Origin: Paecilomyces variotii | Taxonomy: Eukaryota | Length of the DNA: 64,000 nt | NCBI GenBank assembly: GCA_004022145.1 | Contig: RCNU01000017.1 | Strand: one strand, 5' to 3' | Part shown: positions 52,594 through 64,000 of the stretch, in pieces | How the letters are laid out: every line of letters begins with the position of its first letter | Position numbering within the stretch: position 1 is the stretch's first letter | Program-made: the position numbers and the translations under genes | The notes under the pieces: model-generated | The model's input: the letters and a program-made list of their open reading frames with translations, nothing else | Database searches by the model: none | Told to the model about the DNA's origin: nothing

Positions 52594-53847
52594 TCATGCC
52601 CACGGCATTTTCAAGACAGGGCCCTCCTTCCCTGAGCCCGGCTGACCCCATACGATTTCCGCAGAGGAATTCTCTGGGATCAGATTCATTATGATGTTAA
52701 ACAACGTACTGCTTCGTACGGACTGATGGCTACCGGGGTCTTCTTGGCAGCAGATAGCCTGGGGCGCATTGTACCCATCTGAAAAGACCTTCTCTCTGAG
52801 CAAGCCTGGGACGATCTTGTCTCCCTTAACGCCTTCTTTCACCAGCTCATTGGAAAGCTGTCGAACCCGTTCAAGTCGGATAGGCGACCCGCTCAACCAA
52901 GGAGCCTCGTCGACATATTTGTTCTCAATGAAGTGATTAGTGTGTGTTATTATTCCCGCCTCGTTTTCTCTCAAGTAGACGTTTCCTAGGGGCGAGACTT
53001 CCATCCCCAGCGAGGTCTTGCTATCCGCGATAAGGATGTGTTGGCTAGATGCCACTGAGCCGAGAGATTCGAGGGTTTTGACGGCATCATCGACTGAAGA
53101 GCTCTCTAAGCAGAGACGGAGGGCAACATGGACGGGTAGTTTCGAGCTATCTGTAGGACGGGCGCGAATGGCATTGAGACAGGTACCTACACCAGCAGTG
53201 TTGAACCCAATTTTTCCCACTATGCCTGCCTGTATCGCTCAGAAGAACAGCGTCAGTTTTAGCTCCAATACCACACTCATCCCACAGCTTCATCCATGTC
53301 TAGATCCCAACTCAAACAGAACTTTGGCACTTTACCTCCGTAACCATATAAATCGTCGGCTTCCCCACCTGCTCGACCGCCATCATGGCCAAATTCCTCT
53401 TCACCTGAGCTGTCCAGTCCCAGTTCTGCGCTAAGATCCTTTCATCATCACTCTTCTTCCACGAAATACTCGTACATCCATCCGAGAACTTTCCTAGTGC
53501 AATCTCGCTCCGGCAATTCAGAGCCACGATGTCCAGGACGTTGACGCCTGCGCCTTCTGCAATCCCCTCCATCTCCGTGTAGATATCGGGAGTGAGTTTC
53601 TGGATCGAAACACGGAATTCCTCTGCAAGGGAGAGGACAGACGGCCATGACAGTTTGGATGTGTATGCGAACATATCAGTGTAGATGGCGATTTGGGCTT
53701 TGATTTGCGAGGAGAGAGCGCGGCCATGATGAAGGCCGATCTGGGGGTTCGTTTCGTCAGAGTGGATCTGTAAATGATCTGGTTTTGAGTACTAACCTCT
53801 CGAGACGTGCCTTTGAGAGTAACGCGCGGTGGTTCAGCAAGAAGCAT
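52594..53847 (-). CDS. Peptidase C45 / acyl-CoA:6-APA acyltransferase-like Ntn hydrolase, 363 aa
   Basis: Exons 53847-53797, 53740-53336 and 53229-52594. LNCRSEI, the DG-CT autoprocessing site, AQNWDW, EAGIVGKIGFN and HTNHF. Confidence 0.9.
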
Positions 53848-56066
53848 ACTTGAAGTACGGTATTTTAATGTTGTTCGCACTGTACATATGGAACAAGGAT
53901 GTGATTTCTCAGAAAATCCAGATCTCGCCAGACGAGGGGTGAGACTACGTTACGGGTAATTGCTTTATCTCGAAGAAACTAGATCCCGCCCCCTCTTCCT
54001 CCGCCGCTGATAGCGTCCTTATCAATGATGAGATATGTGGTATCAGAGCGCATCTCGGTTTCAGTTCTGCCATTCGATCGGGTATACCCTTGCATCCCCA
54101 CCTTCTGCGGGGAAGCCGACATGAGCTCGTGAAGATGTCCGATCAGGGCAGGGCAGATCTGGTCTAGATGTGTGCATCTAGAGTAGGTCCTTCTTTGGAG
54201 AGCTTGTAAAGGGGTGATGTTCTGGGATCATTTCAGTTGAGGGTATAATGGTAACATGTTGTGTTTATTTGTCCGAGGCTGTTGAGCATGTTTGTTTGAA
54301 ATTCCAGATGGATATCTCCTTTCTTTTCCCTCCTTTTGAGGAAAGTAATCAAAAGAGAATAGGCCACTTTTTGGTGCTGTCTCGGACTTCGTTTTGGTAT
54401 TATGTTTTCGTCTATGTATATGAGAAAGTTGAGAATGACACATCCTGTACAAAGGAACATACAATGCTTACTGTTATTTTGTATGTCTACAGCGTGATTC
54501 GTCTTATTAACATGTGGAAAGTTTTGCGTGTAATGCAATAAAAACAATATATCTTTTCTGGGGAGTAGTACCAGACGCAAAGCCTTTTCATAAACACGGT
54601 ACTGTTCAGGAGTGATTCAACACATGCAGTCCCCTAAATGACGCACGCTCAAAAATACAAAGACACTTTAACCAGCCTCCTTTGAGGTCAAGATCGAAAG
54701 AAAAAAAAATCCTTATCTTCAGCACCATTCTATCTCAATATTACAAACTACCGGGAATCTATCTTCGCCGTGTCTCTGATATTTGACTTGATCTACACCC
54801 CCGAATCACGATGACGGGACCATGGGGATCTCGTTGCGACATCGTCCAAAGAATACGAGTCATCTACCTCGCGTGTTTTGATAACTGGGGACAATTCCAC
54901 ATCGAGAGGCTTACGGGCCAAGCAGTCGTGGACCTGGAGAGGTTGACGATTGCATATATGGAATTAGGTGGTATGAGACCGGTTGCGCCCTTCGACGCGC
55001 GGATATTCATGTTTGAGATACTGGGTGTGATGCATAACATTGGTGTTCGGAATTAGAGATGGGGGTACTCTCATCTCGCCTTGGTGAGGAATTCTGTATC
55101 GAGCCTTGTGGGCAAGCGTACGGTGGGTGATTCTTATTTCTGATATTATTGTGTCTATTACTGGACAGCAACACCTCCTCTATAGGGGTTTCTGTTCAGA
55201 GATGGGAGAATTGTGCTGACTTTCTTGCCCTGCAGAACATTGCTCCAGTAGCATGTAACATTCTGACAGACAAGTCTCTCAGGAGTGATTCTGCTAGAAA
55301 CAAATCAAATCGACCAACTATGACGATTCGCCATAAAAGCTCCGCCAAAACCGCAGGTACAACGTCAAGTTTGTGCTCCCCACAGAGGCCATTGGTTGCA
55401 TCGTACATAATGTTACAGGACACTGCTGATTTTTGTGCATCACCACTAGGCATTATCAGTAGATCTAGAGCTTATTTCGAGGGATCCTTCTTTTCAGATA
55501 GCGCGCTCGATGGGGCTTATCCATGTGATCCGAAATCAGAATATCTTTCACTTCCTCTCCATTAAGGAAGGGTGTCTATCTCTCGCGTTCCATCTTGACG
55601 GATATGCCTCATTCTCAAAACTCCTCACTGCGTTACCATCATGCCTTGCTCTGATTGCCACCATCGAAATGAGGCAGTGTTGCCTCCGTGCTATACTTCT
55701 CTATCGCCCTGTCCTGTTGAGGGCATATGTCGAGCAGATAGATTCACAGAGGCCTTGGATGGGCGGAAATTTCTTCTATTTCTATTCACTTGATGTTATC
55801 ACTTCATTTATCCATAAATAGAGAGCGTTTCTGAGGCATTATTCAGGACACCTTCATCTGAACTTAGAATCCGAATCGTGCAACGAGCCAGCCAGCCAGC
55901 CAGGTCCTTTGATAGTGGGTGATAAAGAACACAAAGGCAAGCTCGCCCATCACCGCACTGAATGCTTGGTGACTTTTGACTTACCGGTCTTATAAATCTA
56001 GTTGAAATCCTCCATATACGAACGAACGACTTTTCCTTAACTCCTTAAACCTGGGCCTTCGCTGAG

Positions 56067-56447
56067 ATGGCCCCCAAACCTACCAATGATGGCTCTCTGC
56101 CAAAAGCCCATGGCATCACGTACGATGAGTCCGAGATGGCACTTTTCCACGCTAAGCTTTCTTATCATTCCACCATCGATGAACGTATGGCCACCAAAGA
56201 CTCCAATCTAGCATCGATATCTGAACATCAAGCTCGAATCCTGAAACGCTGGGAAACGCTCAAGCAAGCCGAAAAAGAGCTCGCAGAAAATGGAAAGAGC
56301 ATGTCAGCGGCTGAGAAGAAGCAACTTGCGCAATATGAATGGAGGTATAAGAGACTGGAACAGCTGGCAACAAAAAAGAGCGGAGAAGAGTTGATGGAGG
56401 ATACGGTATGCACAAAGATCGTCAAATCAAGGTGCGTAAACCCGTAA
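56067..56447 (+). CDS. Small helical hypothetical protein (126 aa)
   Basis: ATG ORF with natural amino-acid composition and a TATAAA ~75 bp upstream. The true C-terminus is uncertain. Confidence 0.65.
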   Translation: MAPKPTNDGSLPKAHGITYDESEMALFHAKLSYHSTIDERMATKDSNLASISEHQARILKRWETLKQAEKELAENGKSMSAAEKKQLAQYEWRYKRLEQLATKKSGEELMEDTVCTKIVKSRCVNP

Positions 56448-57637
56448 TAGATCAGTTCATACGTTTCAAGATTCCTAATAACCGTGACACAGACCTTGAT
56501 ATTTCGTGTAAAGGTGGTTTAAAACATATATCCGATGTTGCTACTCGGGAGGGTCGAATGTCCAGGGAGGCGCATGTACGGTTCAATTTCAGAGATAGGC
56601 TGAGCATAATCGATGCCCAAATAATGACAGTCACTCTTTTTTTCATCCCCAGTGGTAATAGTAATATTGAAATGAACTGATGCGAATATTCTTCCGGTGG
56701 AACGCGTAGATATCGATGTCTTCAACTAGATCGTGAGTTCGTTCCACGCCAGCCTCCTTTTTCCAGAGCCACGAGCTCCAGAGATAGACAAGCACGTCTA
56801 AAATGGTCAGATACTTATACCTGACATCATAAACAGGTATGACAGATGGCATCGGATCTTTAACAACTATCCTCAATGTCTCCTCCTCTGAGGTTGGACA
56901 AGCGCTTGATGAACATCTGCCCGTTTACCAATCATGGATCTTACTTAATTCAAACCTATCCTAGTAGACAGGCTATGACAAGGATAATTATATACCAACG
57001 CGATTGTGCCCCATTTTGCCATAGCCATCGAAGGGAATCGTCGCAGGCGCAAGTAGTCTCTCATCGATTCGTTCCAGATTCCTACTATTTGATCCTAGGA
57101 AGATGAGGCGCGATTCCCACAAATGCAACAGAAACTCCTTTTCGAGTCGCTTAGATGGAACGTAGTAGGTCGCACAGCTTTGCTGGTCACTCAGAAGGGT
57201 AACCAGCAAAAGGAAATTTGCTTATCTCGAGATACCAATGCGGCTCCGGTAGGACACAGTGTTCCAGTGAATGATTTAGAATGATTGCATATCAGAGAGA
57301 ATGAGGCGGTCGCTCTTACTATCGTGTCTGTAGGGGTTATACTTAATTTTTTGTTTTATCGCCTAGGCTGGAATATACGCCACTTCGAGTTCAAATTATG
57401 CAAGTGTGCGAGTGGGCAACGATGAGCTGGCTGATAAGAGGAAATATGGTATACATCTTACTATAATGTAGCTACTTTATTGCTGGTTTTCGCAATGACT
57501 TGGTGAGGGTAAGGTATTGGATAGATTGTCCATCGTACACTTCACTACTTATCCGTGACTGTTAGCTCACCCACTCCTGCCGTCGTGGGTGAGCCCTGGC
57601 GTAGTTGAAGAAACCACCATAGTTTAAAAGTACCTTT

Positions 57638-57892
57638 TGTCACGGTGCCAGCATAGGAGACAGAGATCCACCGGCTGATGCTTACATAAGGTATCATGTG
57701 ACCTCGCGAAGATATCTTCAGCGCACAGCTTAATCTAAATTCAAGCTCCTTAAGCTATATCTTATTTACTGAGCTTACCTATAACAGCCTATTCTAGTCT
57801 AAATTAGCTAAATAGAGATCCTATAGCTAGTCTTAATATTAACTATCTTATTCTATTTATTCTAACCCGCTTCTTAAGCCCGTACCTTAACA
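57638..57892 (+). repeat. 5' LTR (TG...CA)
   Basis: TGTCACGG...CCTTAACA, colinear with 63329-63583. Confidence 0.93.
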
Positions 57893-60800
57893 TTATATAG
57901 CTCTTACCTAGGAGTTAATACTATTAATAATACTTATCTTAATTTCTCTATTCCTACTAATAATTCTAGAAAAGTTTATTAAGTATATTATTACTAGCTA
58001 TAGGCTAGAATAATATAATTACTATTGCCTAGTATATAAATATATTAGTAAAGCTAAAACTGCTATAAATAAAATAAATTATTAGGCTAAGATATATTTT
58101 TAAGAGCTTTAATAAGAATTTGCTGCTATTTAATAAAGACTTAAATAAGAAATTACTAAACTTAAGGCTATCTAATAATATTAAAAGATCTAGCTCTAAA
58201 AAAAAGAATAATAATATATCTAAGCTATTCTTAAAAGGGATTAAGCCTATTATATAGTTATACTTACTATAAATATACCTCTATTTATACCTAAACTTAA
58301 GCCTAATATTAAGAGACCTACAGCTACTCTAATAGGAGTATTTAAGGCGCCTATTATTATATTTTCCTCTACCCCTAGATTTTTAGAAAGATTCCTTAAT
58401 CTAGATAAGTTTAAAGGTAATTAAAAGAATCTTTAGCGCTTTATAGCTTAAATTTAAAAGAAGATAATAATTAATTAAAACTAATTCCCAATTCTCTAAA
58501 GCTATATAGCCTATATAATTAACTGTTTAAAAGATACGCTCTATACCTAAGTATTACTATATATTAGAGATAAGACTTATATTCTTAATAACTACTAAGA
58601 GATTTTAGATATTTTAAAATATATATTTAATAACCCTAATTATATAAATAATATATATAATAAATTATTTAATCTTTATTAAATTAATAAGAAATTTAGA
58701 ATCTTTTTTATTAAGTTCTAGTACTTAGCGCTAGAAGAAGAAATGCCTAAAAGAATATTATTTATCCTGCTTAAGTAAGCTATTAGTTAAGAACTCTAAG
58801 AAATATTATTATATAATTAGCCCCTGAGTTATAAATATTATTAATTTATTAAATTTTTATAAAACCTTAAGAACTATTGCTGCTAGTATATTATAAACTA
58901 ACCCCTTATTATAAAGACTTATACTGCTGTTTTAAAACCTATTTAATATACTTAATCCCCTTTACTTACTCTAAGTCCTACCTTAGCTATAAAATATAAT
59001 AATTAGCCTTAGAGAAGCCCTATATAAAAGAGTAAATTAACCCTAGCATAGCTATATAATCTAATAGATTTAAGTATTTCTAAATGCCTAAGCAGGAGAG
59101 AATATAGCTTATTATACTATAAAATTAGCACTTATTTCTAATATAGCTCTCTAAAATATTATATTAGAGATTACCTATATCTAAATAACCGCTAGAAGAT
59201 CTAGACTATAGCTATATATAAACCCTGTCTCTAGACTTCCTAGGCAATCTAATTCCTAGACTTATATAGTCTATCCCTTAGCTAGTCTTTAATAAAAAAA
59301 GTAAGCTTAGAATAAATTATAGCCAGGCTTAAGAATTATATATTATCTAAATCTCCGCTGCTATTATTTATAAAATTAACCTTAAGGAATATCTATAATA
59401 ATTAAAATTAATAATATTACCTATAATATTAAAAAAGAAGAAGAAGAAGATTTACTTACTAATTTATACCCTGCTTAATATTAGAGTTAAAGGATAAGAA
59501 TTTATAGACTAAGAATAGGCTAAAAATTAAAAATTAGAGCCTATCCCCTTAAAGAGCCTAATTATTTTATATATATTTAATAAAAGAGAATTAGAAGATA
59601 AGAAGATTATATACTATATCTAAATAGATATAAGAATTAAAGACTACTTTAAGAAAGATACTAAGTTTTATATTATCTAACTGGCGCACTATTTTATTAT
59701 CTTAGAATTCCCTTAATTAAAGCGCTATAATCTATACTTATAATTTACTGCCTATAATATTGTTTTTAATAGTAATTATTATTAAAAGAATTATAATATA
59801 CCCTTAAAGCTAATTAAGATACCTGCCCTATATAATATTCCCCTAAAAGTTTTATCCTAATACTTGCCCTTAAGACCTAGAGGACTAGAAGAGAGAAATA
59901 TAGCCTTTATTTCTCTAGCCGCCTATTCTGCCTATATTTAAAAAAATACTTAAATATTTATAATTATCTTAAAGGACCTAGATACTATTTTAAAGATTAA
60001 ATAAGTCTAAGAAAAAGACCCTACCCGCCTGCTGCTTAAGGAATTTAAAGATTATATTAATATCTTTTCTCTTAAGGAGGCTAAGCGCCTATTATTATAT
60101 TATTCTTATAACTATAATATTAAGCTACTAGAGGGGAAGTCGCTTCCCTTTAAATCCTTATATACTATATTCTAAGATAAATTAAAGGTCTTAAAGGAAT
60201 AGATTAAAAAAAACCTAAAAAAGAGATTTATTTACCTAAGCTTATTGCCTATTATATCCCTAATTCTGTTTATTAAGAAGCCCGGTAGAGAGATATAAAT
60301 CTATATAGATTACCGAGCCTTAAATATAATAACTATTAAAGACTAATACTTCTTACCTCTAATTAAGAAGACCCTAAATAATTTAAAAGAAATAAAGTAT
60401 TTTATAAAGATTAATATTATTTCTATATTTAATAATCTTTATATTAAGAAGGGATAAGAATATCTAACTGCCTTCTATACTTAACTTAGCCTATTTAAAT
60501 TATTAATAATACTATTTAGCTTAATAGAAGTATTAGTAATATTTTAAAGATTTATTAATAATACCCTATAAGATTACCTTAATATCTTTTATACTGTATA
60601 TCTTAATAATATCTTAGTATATAATATAACCTATTCTAAATATATCTAATATATCTATATTATTCTATAGAAGCTATATAAAATAGGCTTATATATAAAG
60701 ATCTAGAAGTGTGAGTTTATTATTTTTAAGACTAAGTTCTTAGGTATTATTATTAGCCGGGACTATATTAAGATAAATCTAAATAAGGTAAAAATAATTA

Positions 60801-63328
60801 CTAAATAGAAGACCCTAACCTATATAATTAATATATAAGCCTTTATTAGATTTAGCAACTTTTATTATTAGTTTATTTATAACTTTTCTAAGATAATTAT
60901 ACCGCTTATAAGCTTAACCTAAAAGGGAGTTCTCTTTAATTAAATACCTGCCTATTAGTCTAGTTTTAAAGCCTTAAAAGAAGCATTTATTTAAGCCCTA
61001 ATCTTAAAGCTATTTAATTAAACCTGCGAGGTTATAATTAAAACTAATTTATCTAACTATATATTAGCTAGAGTTATATCTTAGTATAATAATAAAGGAA
61101 TCCTATATCTTATTATATTTTTCTTAAAGAAGCTCTCTGCTATAAAATATAATTATAAGATTTATAATAAAGAACTACTAATAATTATCTACTACTTTAA
61201 GAAGTAGTACCTTAAGTTTAAAAATATATTATTGCCAATTAAAGTTATTATAAACTATTATAATCTAGAATACTTTATATTAATTAAGCTATTAAACTAG
61301 TAATAAGCCTATTAGTCTAAGTTCCTATTCTAGTTTAACTTCTAAATTATATATTAATCTAAAAAATAAAAAATAAAGCCTAATACTCTAACTAGGAGGT
61401 TAGAAAATTTTCTTAAAAAGGGGGATAAATAGTTATAGTATTAAAGCCAGATAATCTTAAAAAAGGAGAACCTTAACTTATAGATCTAAAGATCTCTAAA
61501 ACTAAAAGCTATTATTAAAAGTTAAATAATAAGGCGTATTTATTTTATTAATCTAATAGCTTAAAAGGCTAGAAATCCTGCTAAACCTATAGAAATACCT
61601 GCCTAACTTGCTCTAAGAAATTAATCTATTTAGCCTAAAGAACCTATCTAGTCTATCCTACTGCCTAATTAATTTATTAAGATTATTTAACTTATTAAGG
61701 AGATAATCTAGTCTATTAAAGAAACTATTTAGCCTATTAAAAAAATAGCCTAGCCTATTAAATAAGATTAATTAAGTTCTTCTATTATATCTAATAAATT
61801 AAAATGCCTATCTAGTATTAAAAACTTGCTAAATATAACTTATTTATTTAATAACCTAATATAGTCTATTTTATAAGCCTTAGACTATAAAGCTAATTAT
61901 TATCTTAAGATTATGCTAGCTAACTATTAATAAAAAGGAAGATACTTATATTATAAAAACCGCCTATATATTCCTAACTATAATAAGCTAAGAGCCTATC
62001 TATTATAAGAATACTATAATAAATATATATTTAGATATCTTAAAAAATATAAGCTTTATAACTTAATCTTATAAGAATATTACTGGCTAAATATATATTA
62101 ATATATAAATTATTAGATCTAGAATTACTATACCTGCTATTATATTATACTCTTAAATAAAGGCTGCTAAAAAGTTTTATACTAGCTCTCTATTCTTAAA
62201 TACTTTTAATAAGATATCTTAATAGATTTTATTATTAAACTTATATCTTACTAAGGCTATAATATTATATTAATTATTATAGACCGACTTATAAAAATAA
62301 GGCATTTTATTCTCTGCTAGGCTATTTATAATATTAAAAGAATAGCATAATTATATATTTATTATATATAGAAGTTTTATAGGCTACTAAAGACTATAAT
62401 ATTTAACTAAAGCCCCTAGTTTATTACTACTTTTTAGAAATATCTAACCTAATATTTAGATATTATAAACTTACTATTTACTACTTACTATTCTAAGATT
62501 AATAATTAAATTAAAAAAATAAATATTATTTTAAAATAATACCTGCGCACCTATATTAGCTACTTATAAAATAATTAGGTTAACTAGCTATCTTTAGCTA
62601 AGTTTATATTAAACTCCTACTATTTTAAGACTATTAAAATATTACCTTTTTTTGCTAATTATAGGTTTTATCTATATATAGGATTTAAGCCTATTTAGCC
62701 TATAAACTAGCCTGCCGCTAAAAATGCTAAAGCCTTTACTAAAAAAATATAAAATATTATAAAATATATCTATACTTAAATCTATATTGCCTAAGCTTAT
62801 TATAAAGAGTAGACTAATTATTATTAAATCTTAGCCCGCCGCTATTATATAAGATAGTTTATCTAATTAAATGCTTAAAATATTTATATCTAGCGCCCTT
62901 AAAAGAAACTTAATTAGAAGAATCTTAGCCTATTCTATATTATTAAGATTATTAGCCTATATGCCTATTAACTTAACCTATTTACCTTAATATATATCTA
63001 TCTTATATTTAATATTAGCCTGCTTTGCCTTATTATTAAGGATCTTATATCTAGATAAAGATAATCTTTATTACTGCCCATTAAAGTTAATAGCCTTAAA
63101 AAATAAATTATTAAAGATATCCTAGACTCCTAATAAGAATATTATAGGTATAAAGGCCTCTAATTATAATATATTATTAAATAATTAAGTTATAATAACT
63201 TAATTAAAAAACCTGCATATTACCTATAATATGCCTAAAAGATTATTGCTAATTTCTACTGCCGCTACTTAAATAAGCTAAAGCTAGAGAATAATCTTAA
63301 TAAAGCTTAACTTTAAGGAGGGGAATAC

Positions 63329-63583
63329 TATTACAGTGCTAGTATAAGAAATAGAGATCTATCGGCTAATACTTATATAAGATATTATATAATCTTATAA
63401 AGATATCTTTAGCATATAGCTTAATCTAAATTTAAGCTCCTTAAGCTATATCTTATTTACTAAGCCTGCCTGCAATAACCTGTTCTAGTCTGAATTAGCT
63501 AGATAGAGATCCTATAGCTAGTCCTAGTATTAACTACCTTATTCTATTTGTTCTGACCCGCTTCCTGAGCCCGCACCTTAACA
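63329..63583 (+). repeat. 3' LTR (initial TG mutated to TA)
   Basis: TATTACAG...CCTTAACA, same length as the 5' LTR and differing by C/T and G/A transitions. Confidence 0.93.
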
Positions 63584-64000
63584 CCTTTTATATAGCGATA
63601 TATATAATAATTTATTAATATCTCTAAATTTCCTAAGAGGACGCCTTTATTTTAATAGATAATATTATTATATGCAAGATAAGTAATCTACTCTTAAAAT
63701 TTTAAAATGAGATTATACTTATTAAAGGTAAAATCTTATTTTATATTTTTGCCTTATAATTAAAGTTATAAGGGGAAATTTCACATATTAATATCTTTTT
63801 AGTTTCTTATTAGAACTTATTGGAATTTTTAATATAAGCTATTTAATGTATCTATTTTAATATTATCCATTAAAATATAGGTGTCCCTTTAGAAACTTTT
63901 GAGATATTGATGAATTATTGTATGTACCTTTTGTATGATGACGCCATACAAAAGGTACTTTTAAACTACGGTGGTTTCTTCAACTACGCCAGGGCTCACC

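Larger units (their letters stand above)
57638..63583 (+). mobile_element. Full-length Ty3/Gypsy chromovirus-type LTR retrotransposon, inactivated by RIP
   Basis: Two 255-bp LTRs, TSD CCTTT (57633-57637 and 63584-63588) and PPT AAGGAGGGGAATAC before the 3' LTR. RIP-degraded motifs: RT (DYRALN ~60308, YLNNILVY for YLDD ~60600), RNase H (~61040-61180), integrase (~62220-62520) and chromodomain-like (~63100-63200). Very AT-rich, with no ORF of 60 aa or more. Confidence 0.95.
57588..64000. mobile_element. Small foldback/MITE-like DNA element (>=~460 bp without the nested retroelement) with long terminal inverted arms, running off the window end
   Basis: 57588-57637 is the reverse complement (1 mismatch) of 63951-64000. 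The inverted match resumes after the retroelement (~63589-63668 vs ~63857-63950), mostly with transitions plus a ~13-bp indel. Confidence 0.8.

Noticed and set aside
54200-55900. Several 80-140 aa ORFs that may be gene remnants
   Set aside because: No recognisable family motif or consistent splice model.

Overview
Intron-containing filamentous-ascomycete DNA (Eurotiales, Aspergillus/Penicillium-like). The conserved backbone comprises a nucleoside hydrolase, a bHLH factor, an MFS permease, the divergent galactofuranose pair ugtA/glfB and ugmA/glfA, a PDK1-type kinase, a Zn2Cys6 factor, a BTB protein, mitochondrial SerRS, cytochrome b561 and a C45 acyltransferase. Three accessory zones interrupt it. 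(1) 325-2881: a trypsin-like protease gene apparently split by a ~610-bp foreign coding segment. (2) 10503-14514: a ~4-kb cassette bracketed by two mutually inverted arrays of a 21-bp motif (four copies per side, mostly 33-bp period). It carries an intact 6-exon CCHC zinc-knuckle/RGG gene, a dead PD-(D/E)xK-like gene with a second nuclease-like fragment nested in it, and an intact 298-aa gene, with no recognisable transposase. This is the best candidate for an undescribed mobile system. (3) 57.6-64 kb: a heavily RIP-mutated full-length Ty3/Gypsy chromovirus (255-bp LTRs, CCTTT TSD) inserted into the left arm of a small foldback/MITE element. Gene models were spliced by eye, and family calls rest on remembered motifs, not on searches.
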